A stretch of DNA of 64,000 nt from positions 9,381,231 through 9,445,230 of the forward strand of contig MU054187.1 of the NCBI GenBank assembly GCA_013239625.1. Reading direction: 5' to 3'. This document shows, one piece after another, positions 1-10,229 of this stretch. The notes beneath the pieces were generated by a model. The model did no database searches. It was not told the origin of the DNA and saw only the letters and a program-made list of their open reading frames with translations. How positions within the stretch are numbered: the first letter of the stretch is position 1; each line of letters starts with the position of its first letter. Position numbers and translations under genes: made by a program. The stretch comes from Lama guanicoe. Lineage: Eukaryota.

Positions 1-699
1 TGAAGTCTGTAACTCCTAGGACACTTGCTTACACCTGGTGTTTGCTGGTTGTTGGAGACTGGCTTAAGAGAAAGGCGATACCAGTTCAAGGTGGTCCATA
101 ACTAAGTCAATGAACTCTTGAAAAGACGGTTATATGAAACCCATGTGTGGGAAAGAAAGGGTCTGTCTGATTTGCCGCATTCACTATTCTCTTTCGCATA
201 AAATTTAGAAGTGATCTGAACAACAGTGTTGTCAGGATAATGGAAAAGATATAATGGCCTCAAGCTGCAGTGAAGTTTAATGTTCTTATTCACACTAAGT
301 TAAATATAGATACGTATTTGAGCTTCACTTCATTTTCCAACTTCTTTTCTTTGTACTTTAATTCTTAATAGCTATAAAGTTCTGTCTTGTATTAATGTAC
401 TTTTATCTTCCCACCAACAACAATAATTGCAATGAAGGGATTTTTCTAACCTGCAAGGAGAAAGCAAATTATATAATCTGATAGATGTCTATAGTTAAAT
501 AGTTATTCAGCTTTTTGAGACAGAATACCACATCTGATTCTTGTTTATAATGAAATTTGTTCTAATATCTTTACACCAAGAATTCACTAAAAACAAACCT
601 ACCAAAGCAGCCTTGCAGATAGAATAAAGCATGTTACCTGGGCCCCTCTTCCTGTGGGGACACATGAAATTTCTGGGTATGACAGCTGTCAAATTACCT

Positions 700-890
700 C
701 AGTACAGTTTTGATTCTATTACTTCCTAGCTGGGTGACCTTGGACAAGTTATTTAAATTCCCCAAATTTATTTATTTGCCAAATCATTCTAAAATGCAAG
801 TTTCTTTATTTGTTCCTTTTACAGTTGTGGGATAAAATGAGACGGTGAATGCAGGGCCTAGAACATAAACAGCATTCAATAAACACCAGT
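700..890 (+). mobile_element. MIR SINE
   Basis: acttcctagctgggtgaccttggacaagttatttaa MIR core and gtgggataaaatgagac...gcattcaataaa 3' part. Confidence 0.8.
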
Positions 891-929
891 CATCATTGCT
901 GTTGGGCTAATGGTGTGGCGGCTGTTTTA

Positions 930-1030
930 GGTGAAGACAGTGACCTTCTATCCAATCTCAGCTCCTCAGAGCCTAGGATTGTGTCCCGTATTCATTAGGC
1001 TTAATACATGTTTATTAATGAAATAAATAA
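930..1030 (+). mobile_element. L2 LINE 3' end
   Basis: cagagcctagg...taggcttaatacatgtttattaatgaaataaataa resembles the L2 tail. Confidence 0.55.
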
Positions 1031-1158
1031 GTTTTTCCTCTCTAATACTGAAGGCTTTTTTCAGTCATCCAGCCGATTTAAAAATTTTTTTTGATGAGTT
1101 TTGAATATTTATTTTGAGCTTAACTGTTCATTTATATAACGTGATTTTTAATAATAGC

Positions 1159-1241
1159 TTTAACAATCAGCTTGCAGAAGTCCTGAAAATTCAACAACTT
1201 GCTCTCCCAGGCCTGTATGAGTTCACTCTGGCACGCTACTA
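1159..1241 (-). mobile_element. MER63-like hAT DNA transposon end
   Basis: tttaacaatcagcttgcagaagtcctgaaaattcaacaac...ggcacgctacta resembles the reverse complement of the MER63 terminus. Confidence 0.6.
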
Positions 1242-1269
1242 GACTCACTACATGAGTATGTATTTCTTT

Positions 1270-1795
1270 AAAATTTTTTTAATTAATAGACTTTATTTCC
1301 TAAGAGTAGTTTTAGGTTTATAGAAAAATTGAGCAGAAAGTACAAGGAATTCCTATTTCCTTGCCCCACTTCTCCTCCCCTTAGCTTTCCTCTGTTATTA
1401 TCATTACTACTAACATCTCGCACTGGTGTGGTCCGCTTGTTACAACTGATGAACCAACATCGACCCCCTGTTATTAACTAAGAGCCACAGTTTACATTAG
1501 GGTTCACGCTGGGCCGTACATCCTGCACGTTCTGACAAATGCACAACGCCGTGTATCCACCGTGACTGTGCTGCACAGAAGCATTTCACTGGCCTAAACG
1601 TCCCTGCGCTCCAGCTACTCATNNNNNNNNNNNNNNNNNNNNNNNNNNNNNNNNNNNNNNNNNNNNNNNNNNNNNNNNNNNNNNNNNNNNNNNNNNNNNN
1701 NNNNNNNNNNNNNNNNNNNNNNNNNNNNNNNNNNNNNNNNNNNNNNNNNNNCACTTTAGCAATATGCATTTCAGGGTCTTCCCTGTCTTTTCCAA
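1270..1795 (-). mobile_element. Old L1 (L1MC/L1MB-type) 3' UTR containing N-run 1623-1751
   Basis: ttaatagactttatt...agttttaggtttatagaaaaattgagcagaaagtaca and gttacaactgatgaaccaacat...tttacattagggttcac. Confidence 0.8.
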
Positions 1796-3329
1796 CAAAG
1801 ATATATTTTTACTTAGGAACAGCATTATTTGACTCGAGAAACATCTGTTTGGCTGAGGTCTCTCTACTTAATAAATGTCTGCTCACTTAAGGATTATTTA
1901 AGGATATTCGAGCATTAAAATTACTATTCTCAACCTAAACATTTATTGATTTAGCTGAAAGTAGGTGCACTCAAAGGGAAATTTTGCACCTTAAGGAGGA
2001 GTGAAAAACAATTAAACACTGCTCATTAAGTATGTATTCTTGTATCCTTATCTTATCTTTTCCCTTCCGAGATCAGTAAGTCCCTCACTTCCTGGTGGGA
2101 GCCTTCTTACCCAACAGGTTGCTAGGGACTTGTTAGAGTCTCCAAATGGGACCTGGATAACAAACCACACCAGGCTGACTGAGGATTCATTTTTCTTTCC
2201 ACAACCTAATGGCTCCTGAGGGACCTTACTACTGTTTCGTCCTTAGTCTCGGCTCTAAGGTCAGGCAACAGAAAATAATTAGTCATAATACATTTTTAAA
2301 ATCCCCTTTTATTCATCTTCTCTCTCTCCCTGGATCAGTCCCTGGAGGATTCCCCCCTTTTCCCATCCAGACGGAAGGGGTGGGATCAGCATAGGTACAG
2401 CTGCCTTCACGCCTTCCCAGAGGCCAGCCCTAGACTAGCAGGCAGGCCTCCTCCGGACCTCATCTCCTTGGTAAGTCCATGTTCATTCTGTTCCACCCAA
2501 TACTCTGAGATACAGTTTCTTCTGAAGCCCTGCAGCTTCCTCTCATCTTTTCTTAATGTTTACACCTTTCAAGCACAAACAGTGTCTCTTCACTGGTCTA
2601 AATTTAGAAAATGGATAAATATATTCATTTGGCTCCTTCAGTGCTTTCTTATAAGCCACCTCTCTGGGCAATTGAACTTCTCATAGGGCTTTTTAGTGGA
2701 GGAGATGCAGAAAGAGCAGGCTCTTCACCAAACCCCTGGGAGCCGGGTCGTTTGTGTTTCTCTAGAAGAGCTGTTGCTTTCCTCCCGTCCTATTTCTGGG
2801 CGGCTCCTGATCACGCAGCACATGGTGCCAGTGGGAACATCATCCCGCACTCACGGGTGGACTCCTGGAGCAGCGCAAGGGTGGTGAGACTGCTCGGGAT
2901 GGGGCTGGGAGCACTGAGAAGAGGACGGCTCAAAGCAGAGCCCTGTGTCTGGCCGTCTCAATCACAACCCAAAGTAACGCTGGGGCCCCTGAAACCACAT
3001 CAATTCTCTCCAGCCCTGAGCATCTTCTTTGGGCCAATTACTGGACTAAGTAAGAATCAAGAATAAGATTAAGTGGCTAAAAATTGGGGCTTTGGGGTTT
3101 TGACGACATACAAAAATGCCAACCCATGTTTGTATCTGCTGGGATTTTATCACACATCATCTGGGGAGCACCTGAAAGGGGCTGAGCAGGTTCTCAGGAA
3201 CGAGCCACAGAGACTTTTCCTCTGGCAACTCTGGGACACTTCAGCTCTGTCCCTTTTGGTCAAGAAAAGTATAATACTGGCTTCCCTTGTTTACGCTTCT
3301 TCCAGAAGCATTACTTTCTTTATCTCTAA

Positions 3330-3480
3330 TCCTCATTGGAACCCTAATGGGAGGTAGATATTATTATCCACATTCCAGAGATGAGGAAGTGGAGGCTCAG
3401 AACGGGCAGGTAACTTGGCTGATGTCTCCCAGCTGATATGTGGAGGGGTCCTGGGTCCTTTCTCTCCCATTCCTCTTTCT
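3330..3480 (-). mobile_element. MIR SINE
   Basis: attattatccacattccagagatgaggaagtggaggctcaga is the MIR core, reversed. Confidence 0.8.
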
Positions 3481-3503
3481 CGCTCAGGCCTCCAGAAGCT
3501 CTT

Positions 3504-3586
3504 GGGAGGGGCAGGGTGACGTCATGTGGTTCTGAAGGAACAGGCACCTTGCTCCTGGGCTGTCTCTTTCCTCAGCTTTAACCACA
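3504..3586. promoter_or_regulatory. Candidate enhancer: full CRE plus RUNX sites
   Basis: TGACGTCA 3517-3524 directly followed by TGTGGTT; AACCACA 3580-3586; G-rich Sp/KLF-like motif just upstream. Confidence 0.35.
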
Positions 3587-4329
3587 AGGTGTGATTGTGA
3601 GAAACACTATACCATTAATGCCCATATCCCTCAAGAGAACATGAACTAAGATGCCTGGGCTTAGCCAGAACAACCCAGGAAACTTACCCAGACAATATCC
3701 ACAGTCATCCTGCTGTTTGCTCTTGGTTTTTCCTCCTTAATTTTAATCCCCATACCTTTTCTGTATAAACCACACAGAACATCCCATACCATCCACCCTC
3801 CGCTGCTATTCCCAGAGCAATTCGGATAATCTACTAACAAATGTGCTTACCCAGATCCTCAAAATAGATTCCAGCCTCCCCAAGTTTCTAGGCTTTGAAA
3901 ACATCAGTGCATTTTCTCATTCTATAAATGATATTATAAGTTGATGTTTATGCTTCACACACACTTTCTAAATTAATATTTGCTATATGGAGTCCTGCTA
4001 ATTAATATGTACCTTTCCTGAAATTTCAAATCAGCTATTTGAAATGGGAGGAAGGCAGAAAGCAACTTGCAAATTCTGTGCATAACGAAGTGAGGAACAA
4101 GCTCACATAATGAAGACAAACAATTATACAGCATTTGCATGATTCTTTTTTCCCTACAACATGAGACAAGACTCAGGGAGCTGATGAGCCTGCTGCCTTT
4201 GCTGTGAGTCTTGCTTCTTATTTCCCCACCACTTGGTAGGATTCTCAAAGCCAAGAGCAGGTCACACTGTTTTGTCAAAGTTTTCTTATGTTATTTTAGG
4301 GACTATCAGGCAGTCAAGACCACCCTGCC

Positions 4330-4890
4330 ACATGAGAGATGCTCAGCGTCGCTAGTTACAAGAGAAATGCAGATCAAAACTACAAGGTATCGTCTCACTC
4401 TGGTCAGAAAGGCCATCACTAAAAAGTCCACAAACAATAAGTGTTGGAGAGGGGGTGGAGAAAAGGGAACCCTCCTACACTGTCAGTGGGAAAGGAATTT
4501 GGTGCAGCCACTCTGGAGAACAGTATGGAGATTCCTTAAAAAACTAAAAATAGACTTACTATATGATTCAGCAATCCCACTCCTGGGCATATATCTGGAA
4601 AAGATGAAAGCTCTAATTCAAAANNNNNNNNNNNNNNNNNNNNNNNNNNNNNNNNNNNNNNNNNNNNNNNNNNNNNNNNNNNNNNNNNNNNNNNNNNNNN
4701 NNNNNNNNNNNNNNNNNNNNNNNNNNNNNNNNNNNNNNNNNNNNNNNNNNNNNNNNNNNNNNNNNNNNNNNNNNNNNNNNNNNNNNNNNNNNNNNNNNNN
4801 NNNNNNNNNNNNNNNNNNNNNNNGTGATGTAAGTCAGACAGAGAAAGACAAACATCATATGATATCACTTATATGTGGAATCTGAAAAAA
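4330..4890 (+). mobile_element. 5'-truncated L1: ORF2p C-terminal remnant and start of 3' UTR (N-run 4624-4823)
   Basis: Translation EMQIKTT...[52 protein letters not shown] matches the L1 ORF2p Cys-rich C-terminal region; ends at atatgtggaatctgaaaaaa. Confidence 0.95.
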
Positions 4891-5454
4891 TGCCCAGCCA
4901 GGAAGACATGTTAACAACAATGACATGTATGGTGAGCGCTCTGTGGGTAGAGAAGGGAGTCTACTCTGACGGGGGAGGTGAGGGAGAGAGGGTTCTGGAA
5001 GAGCTCCCCAGTGTGGGCAATACCTGAGACAAGACTGGAAGGAAGAACAGGAATGGTCAACAAACAGAGGAAAGGTGGTCACTCCAGACAGGGCCACCTT
5101 GGATGAAAAGAAGCAAAGCTGGGAAGGTGCTCCTGGTACCCCAGGAATGATGTGAGAGAGGAAAGTACCCGAAGGCAGAAGTTAGAGAGGTCAGTAAAGG
5201 CCAGCTCCTGAAGGACTCTGAGCCTGAAATGTGATCCTGGGCTGACAGTGAGTCAGTGAGGCTTTAAGCAGGGAGATGATAAGGGAAGATTTGTATTTTA
5301 GAAAACACACTCAGGCTAGTTGGACTAGATGGGTAACATGTGAAATGATGGTGATAATAAACACTTTGTGTGCCTACGGTGTGCCAGGCACAATGCTAGA
5401 GAAGACACCAATCAAAAACCTTCAAACCAGTTCTAGCAAGCTGGGATCAGTCAA

Positions 5455-5685
5455 ACAGCATGGTTAAGAGCCTGTCTTCTTGAATTCAAATCCCAGCTCT
5501 GTGACTTACTGGTTATGTCCCTGGGTAGATCATATAACCTTTTGCACCTCATTTTATTCATCTGTGAAATGGGGATAATAGTAGGACTTACCTCATAGAG
5601 GTATTGTTGTCAGGATGAAGTAAGTTGCATGCAAAGTCCTTGTATGCTCGGGAACACAATAAGCGCTCTGGGTGCTAGCTCTCAT
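5455..5685 (+). mobile_element. MIR SINE
   Basis: ggttaagagc...ttcaaatcccagctctgtgacttact...catctgtgaaatggggataatagta. Confidence 0.9.
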
Positions 5686-6279
5686 TCCTCACCCATGGCA
5701 GGGGCTGGAGATGGAAGCTGTGGCCTCAGGAAGTATTAAATGTGAGAAGAGGCAGGACATAGGGCAGAGAGAGAAGTCCAAACGAATCTCATCATTTCAT
5801 CCTGGGTAATGGGGCAGATGGTAACCGTGGTAGGAGAGTCTGGGGTGAGAAGACAACAAGATTGATTTGGGAAATTCTGAGATGGAAGAGCCTGGGAGAA
5901 ATTCAGGGAGAAATACCTATGAGCCATTGTACACAGGAGCATGAGCTTCAGAGAGAAGGCTGGGCAAGGCCGGAGGACCGGGATCCTCAGTGAGAGGCTG
6001 AAACCCTGACCGGGAAGCACCAGGTGGGGCAGGATGAGGAGAGCAGAGAGGGAGCTGAGGAAGCTGAGATTTAAGGGGCAGCTGGAGATCAAGAGGGAGA
6101 CTGAGAAGGACCAGTTCAAGAGCAAGAAGGAAACTCATGAAAAATGGTATCATGAGGCCCAGGGGAAGGAGAGCTCTTAAAGGAGAGGTAGTCAGAAAAG
6201 TAAAATGCTACCCGGAAGCACCATGATATAAAGATTGAGAGAAATCCAGTGGATTCGATAACCTGGAGACTTTGGTGAC

Positions 6280-7307
6280 TGTGTCAGTTGGGGTCTAGTT
6301 AGCAAAAGAGAAACCACACTAGTTATTTCAATAGGGAAAATTTAATATAAAAAATGGGGTAAACAGGGGTTAGAGAGCTGAGAGAGCACAGAGATTCTAG
6401 TTGCAGGAAGCAACCACCTCCCCTCGAGCCAGGGAAACAAAGGGCAGAGGTGGAAGTCACTGGAATCCGGGCCCTTGGAGGAGAGGCCCCAGGGAGCTGG
6501 GTGCTGCCCGGCTGGTGCTGACACCTCCGGAGCTCAGAGAAGGGCTTCAGGGAGCCAGGACTAGGGGAGTGGGAAGGGGGTCCTGCTCAGCTGGAGCTGG
6601 TGCCTTAGAAGCTTGGAGGATGGACCCAGCAGAGCAGAAGCTGGGACCTCTGTGGGGAAGGTCATGCGGTGGCTCTGGGGGTGCTGGTGGAAGCAGGAAA
6701 CTGGAACCAACTACCACATCTGGAGTGTGCAGCTGTTGCTCGGGAATTGCTGACCAAGACAGCAAGCAGACGGGAAAGAGCAAGCCCTTCTTGTCCCCTC
6801 CTGCCTGCCAGTCTCCCTCTAGTGTTCTCTCTCAGCAAGACACATAAACGTTAGTTAACTTTTAATAGTTCTTCTGTCACAAAACATTGGATAATGAATA
6901 GCCATCATAGAGAATGCAGTTAGATACAATAGACCAAACAGTGTAGGTATAAGATCCTTTGATGAGATCTCGGAATGGTTTAAGGTGGTGCTCAATAAAA
7001 CTTAAGACAAAAGTATTTTTAAGAATCTGAAGAGCCTTATAAACATCATGAAGTTAGGCGTTTCTCTTGTTTACCAAGTCTTGCAATTTTGGATTTCTAA
7101 ACATTTTTCAGGACATTACATTCAAAATTTAAAATGAATATTGATAGGTTTAAATTAAAGTTGACAATTTTGCTATTAAAAAAAAAAAAGACCTAGTGGA
7201 AACCAGATGGCAAAGAAGTAGAGTTTGCAGACTCCTGGCCCTGGAATCCCAAAGCAGAATCTAGAAAGGTGGTTTGAGGCTGAGCCACCAGCTTTATAAC
7301 CTGCACA
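6280..7307 (-). mobile_element. ERVL solo LTR (LTR41-like), split by an insertion at 6842-7189
   Basis: TG...CA termini; 5-bp TSD GTGAC (6275-6279) / GTAAC (7308-7312); cagtctccctctag and gtttgcagactcc...agaaaggtggtttg motifs; family name tentative. Confidence 0.7.
6842..7189 (+). pseudogene. Short polyadenylated retro-insertion, probably a 3'-UTR retrocopy of an unidentified mRNA
   Basis: ATTAAA 7154-7159, A12 at 7178-7189, AAGAC at both junctions (6837-6841, 7188-7192); the host LTR rejoins when the insert is removed. Confidence 0.7.
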
Positions 7308-7995
7308 GTAACCCTCCCAAGTATGATTTTAATGTCTTCGAGGAAAGCCGTCCAGCAATGGGTGGAGAAGCAGAAGTCGAGACAGTAAATCAGGACCATT
7401 TTCCCAAAAAGATTTGTCATAAAAGAGAAAGAGAATAAAGTGGTGGTAGGAGGAGCCAGACTCAACGTTCAGACAGGGCATTTAATTGTTTGTTAAGAAG
7501 AAAGACCCTAAAACAAGTTTCAACCTGAGCTTGCAGGAAGGTGAGAGCGCCCCACTGCTGAGTGAGAGCATCTTGCGGAGGTGGGACCATGGGTCCCGGG
7601 ACTGGCTGAGACACAAGCCAGTCTTGAAATCCCCCCTCCTACTTAACAGCTCACATTCCATCCATCTTTGTTAATTATCGGAGTTACTGTTGTCCCGCTA
7701 GGGATTTTTGTCTCTTTCGTTCTCTGTTGTAACCCAGAATTAAAACAATGCTTGGCACACTTCATAAATGTGTTGAATACACAAATGAATGAAATAACTA
7801 CTCAAGCACCACTGAAACAGAGAACAGAATACTCATACCAACCAACCAGTATTCAGCCACTATCTGCTGGGCCCTATGGGGGATGCTGAAAAAGACTACA
7901 GAAAAGTCCTTTCCATCAGAGAATTTATAATGTTTGAGAAAATGAAGCAAATTAGCACACGTGGTAACAGAAGAATGATTTAACTCTGCCCACTT

Positions 7996-8037
7996 CTTTC
8001 CCTGCAGGACTTTCCCCTGCAGGACTTTCCCCTGCAG
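7996..8037. repeat. 15-bp tandem repeat, about 2.8 copies (CTTTCCCCTGCAGGA)
   Basis: Read directly from the sequence. Confidence 0.95.
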
Positions 8038-8989
8038 ACTGGTCTCCAATCGTCTGCCCTATTCTCAGACCCCTGGAGACTCACAGTCCACAGCATCCTT
8101 TCTGGTCCCCAGTCCAGCATTCAGTGCATTCAGCTGGTCAAGGTCATGGTTCCAGAGGGCTGAGTTCTTGGCCCCTCCTGGGAGTGGGATGAGAGGGTCT
8201 GGGCCCATCAGTGCTGCTCTCGTGCACCTGACACACGTGTGTGTTTTGAAAGCCTCATCAGAACTGACTTTGATGGGCAGCGGGAGCACTCCAGGCAGCG
8301 GGCTGCCAGGACTGTCAGCCCCAACGGGGTGAAGGGGGGTTGGGGTCAGATCACCATCTGTCAAGGTGTTAGAAGAGAACTCAGAGTGCTTCGTGGATGC
8401 AAAGGATGAAAATCAGCAATACTGAATATATGTGTGCTGTTCTTGGACGAAGCATTGGCTGTACTCTGGACTAGTCCCCTAAACTTCTGTTTCTTCCTTT
8501 TTGAGCAAACTCAAATTAAGCGCACCCAGTGCATGTATACACATGCCACCTGGAAATGCACAGACACCACACACACACCCACAACACAGACACAGAGAAG
8601 GCTCTTGAGTATGTGTGCACACATACACATACCCTGTTGCAAGGCTTGTCCTCAGCCAAAAAAACTAAAAGAATAAATGACCGAATGGTGACATTTGTGT
8701 TTTATCTGTAATCATTTACTAGAGGACGGAGCATTGTGGCCATCTGCTCTCAACCCTCCCACTTTTAAACAGGGTTATTTACTGATACTGGAATTTAATT
8801 TCTTTTTAAGAGAAATTCAAGTTTGGGATAAAGAGTTCCTCTTAAAAGCTTTTTCTGTTACTAGAACTTATCCAAAAAAATCCAATAATGTGTTGAGGTC
8901 TTTTTCCTTTAAAGATAGATCTCTCTGAAGAGAATGGCAGTGTGTTTACTAATAAACTATGCTGAAATAGCAGAATTGAGTTAGTGGAA

Positions 8990-9115
8990 ATTGCACTGGA
9001 CTGGGAGAGAATTGAACCGGATTCCAGGCCGGTCTTTTTACTATTATTAGATGCAGCTGTGTGCAAATTACTTCCTCTCTCAGAGTCTTAGTTTTCTCAT
9101 TTATAATCTGGGAGG
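8990..9115 (+). mobile_element. MIR SINE fragment
   Basis: gctgtgtgcaaattacttcctctctcagagtcttagttttctcatttataa. Confidence 0.7.
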
Positions 9116-9598
9116 TAAGGTGTAGAGTCTATATTTAAATACAGCACACTGACCATCCGTACTAATCTATATTCTGTCCTAAGAACTGCTAAAATATTAA
9201 AGAAGAAAAAAGATTAAACTCTTAAACCATGAAAACCCATTGTGCATTCAAGACATCAACAAGCTTGCGGGAGATGGAAAATAGCAGCCACAGGCTACAG
9301 CTACAAAGAAGGAAATACAGTCATCCACCTGTTAAACTTCGGAGAGACTCGGGATTCTGCAACATCGGTTGTAATTAAGGACTGGAGAAACCCACAGACT
9401 GATTCTCAAGAAGGGAGGAGTTTTTCCCTACCCCCTTTTTGATTGTCATGACTGGTATCAGCGTAGATGCCGATAAACACAAAGAATCATGCAGCCCCAA
9501 ATGTCAAAAGTGCCAGAGTTCAGAAACCCTGCTCTAGACCCAAGAGTTAATCTCACACTTTCAAATCGTCTCCTTGTTGGCAGACTGTCAGATACCCA

Positions 9599-9976
9599 TC
9601 CATGGATTGGACTGTGTCCTCCCCAAATTTATATGCTGAAGTCCTCATCGCCAGTACGTCAGAATGAGATTCTGTTTGGAGATAGGACCCTAAAAGAGGT
9701 GATTAGCTTGAGATGAGGTCATCAGGGTGGGCCCTAATCCTAGAGAGAATAAGAAGAAAAAGGGACACCAGGGATCACACGCACGAAGGGAAGGCCGTGA
9801 GAGGACCCTGTGAGAAGGTGCCCACCTGCAGGCCAAAGAGAGAAGTGCAGGGGAACCAAACGTGCCAACACCTTGATCTTGGACTTCCAGCCTCCAGGGC
9901 TATAAGAAAATAAATTTCTGTTGTTGAAGCCACACAGTCTGTGGTATTTTGTTGCAGGAGCCCTAGCAAATAATAC
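9599..9976 (+). mobile_element. MLT1 (MaLR) solo LTR, MLT1A/B-like
   Basis: tgaggtcatcagggtgggccctaatcc; accttgatcttggacttccagcctccag...aaataaatttctgttgttgaagccac; ends ...aataca. Confidence 0.9.
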
Positions 9977-10146
9977 ATCCAGCATGCAAGTAGGGAGAGG
10001 ATTCTTTTCCAAAGAAATGAAATGCTTACAGAAAAAATACCTCCAATCTGAGAATTGTGGGTCCCCAGGATTATTGCCCACTTCTTTATATCACATTAAA
10101 TAGAACTATTAGCCCGTAAGCATTGTCTGCTCCCCCTTCACCTGCA

Positions 10147-10193
10147 ACATACATACACACACAAACAAACACACACACACACACACACACACA
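10147..10193. repeat. (CA)n microsatellite, imperfect
   Basis: Read directly from the sequence. Confidence 0.95.
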
Positions 10194-10229
10194 AGCTCAA
10201 GATCAGCTTACTGTATGATTCTTATATAC

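Larger units (their letters stand above)
4900..7440 (-). mobile_element. Degraded L2 LINE, interrupted by a MIR (~5455-5685) and an LTR (6280-7307)
   Basis: ggctttaagcaggg...gatttgtattttagaaaa, gggagactgagaagga and ggagactttggtgac motifs; L2-like sequence resumes after 7312. Confidence 0.7.

Noticed and set aside
2600-3070. 151-aa ORF and mildly CpG-rich patch as a CpG island or exon
   Set aside because: CpG density too low for an island; peptide unrecognised
4211-4885. 224-aa ORF
   Set aside because: L1 ORF2p C-terminal remnant read through an N-run; not a host gene
7798-8049. ORF with LQGKV repeats
   Set aside because: The repeat is just the translation of the 15-bp DNA tandem repeat
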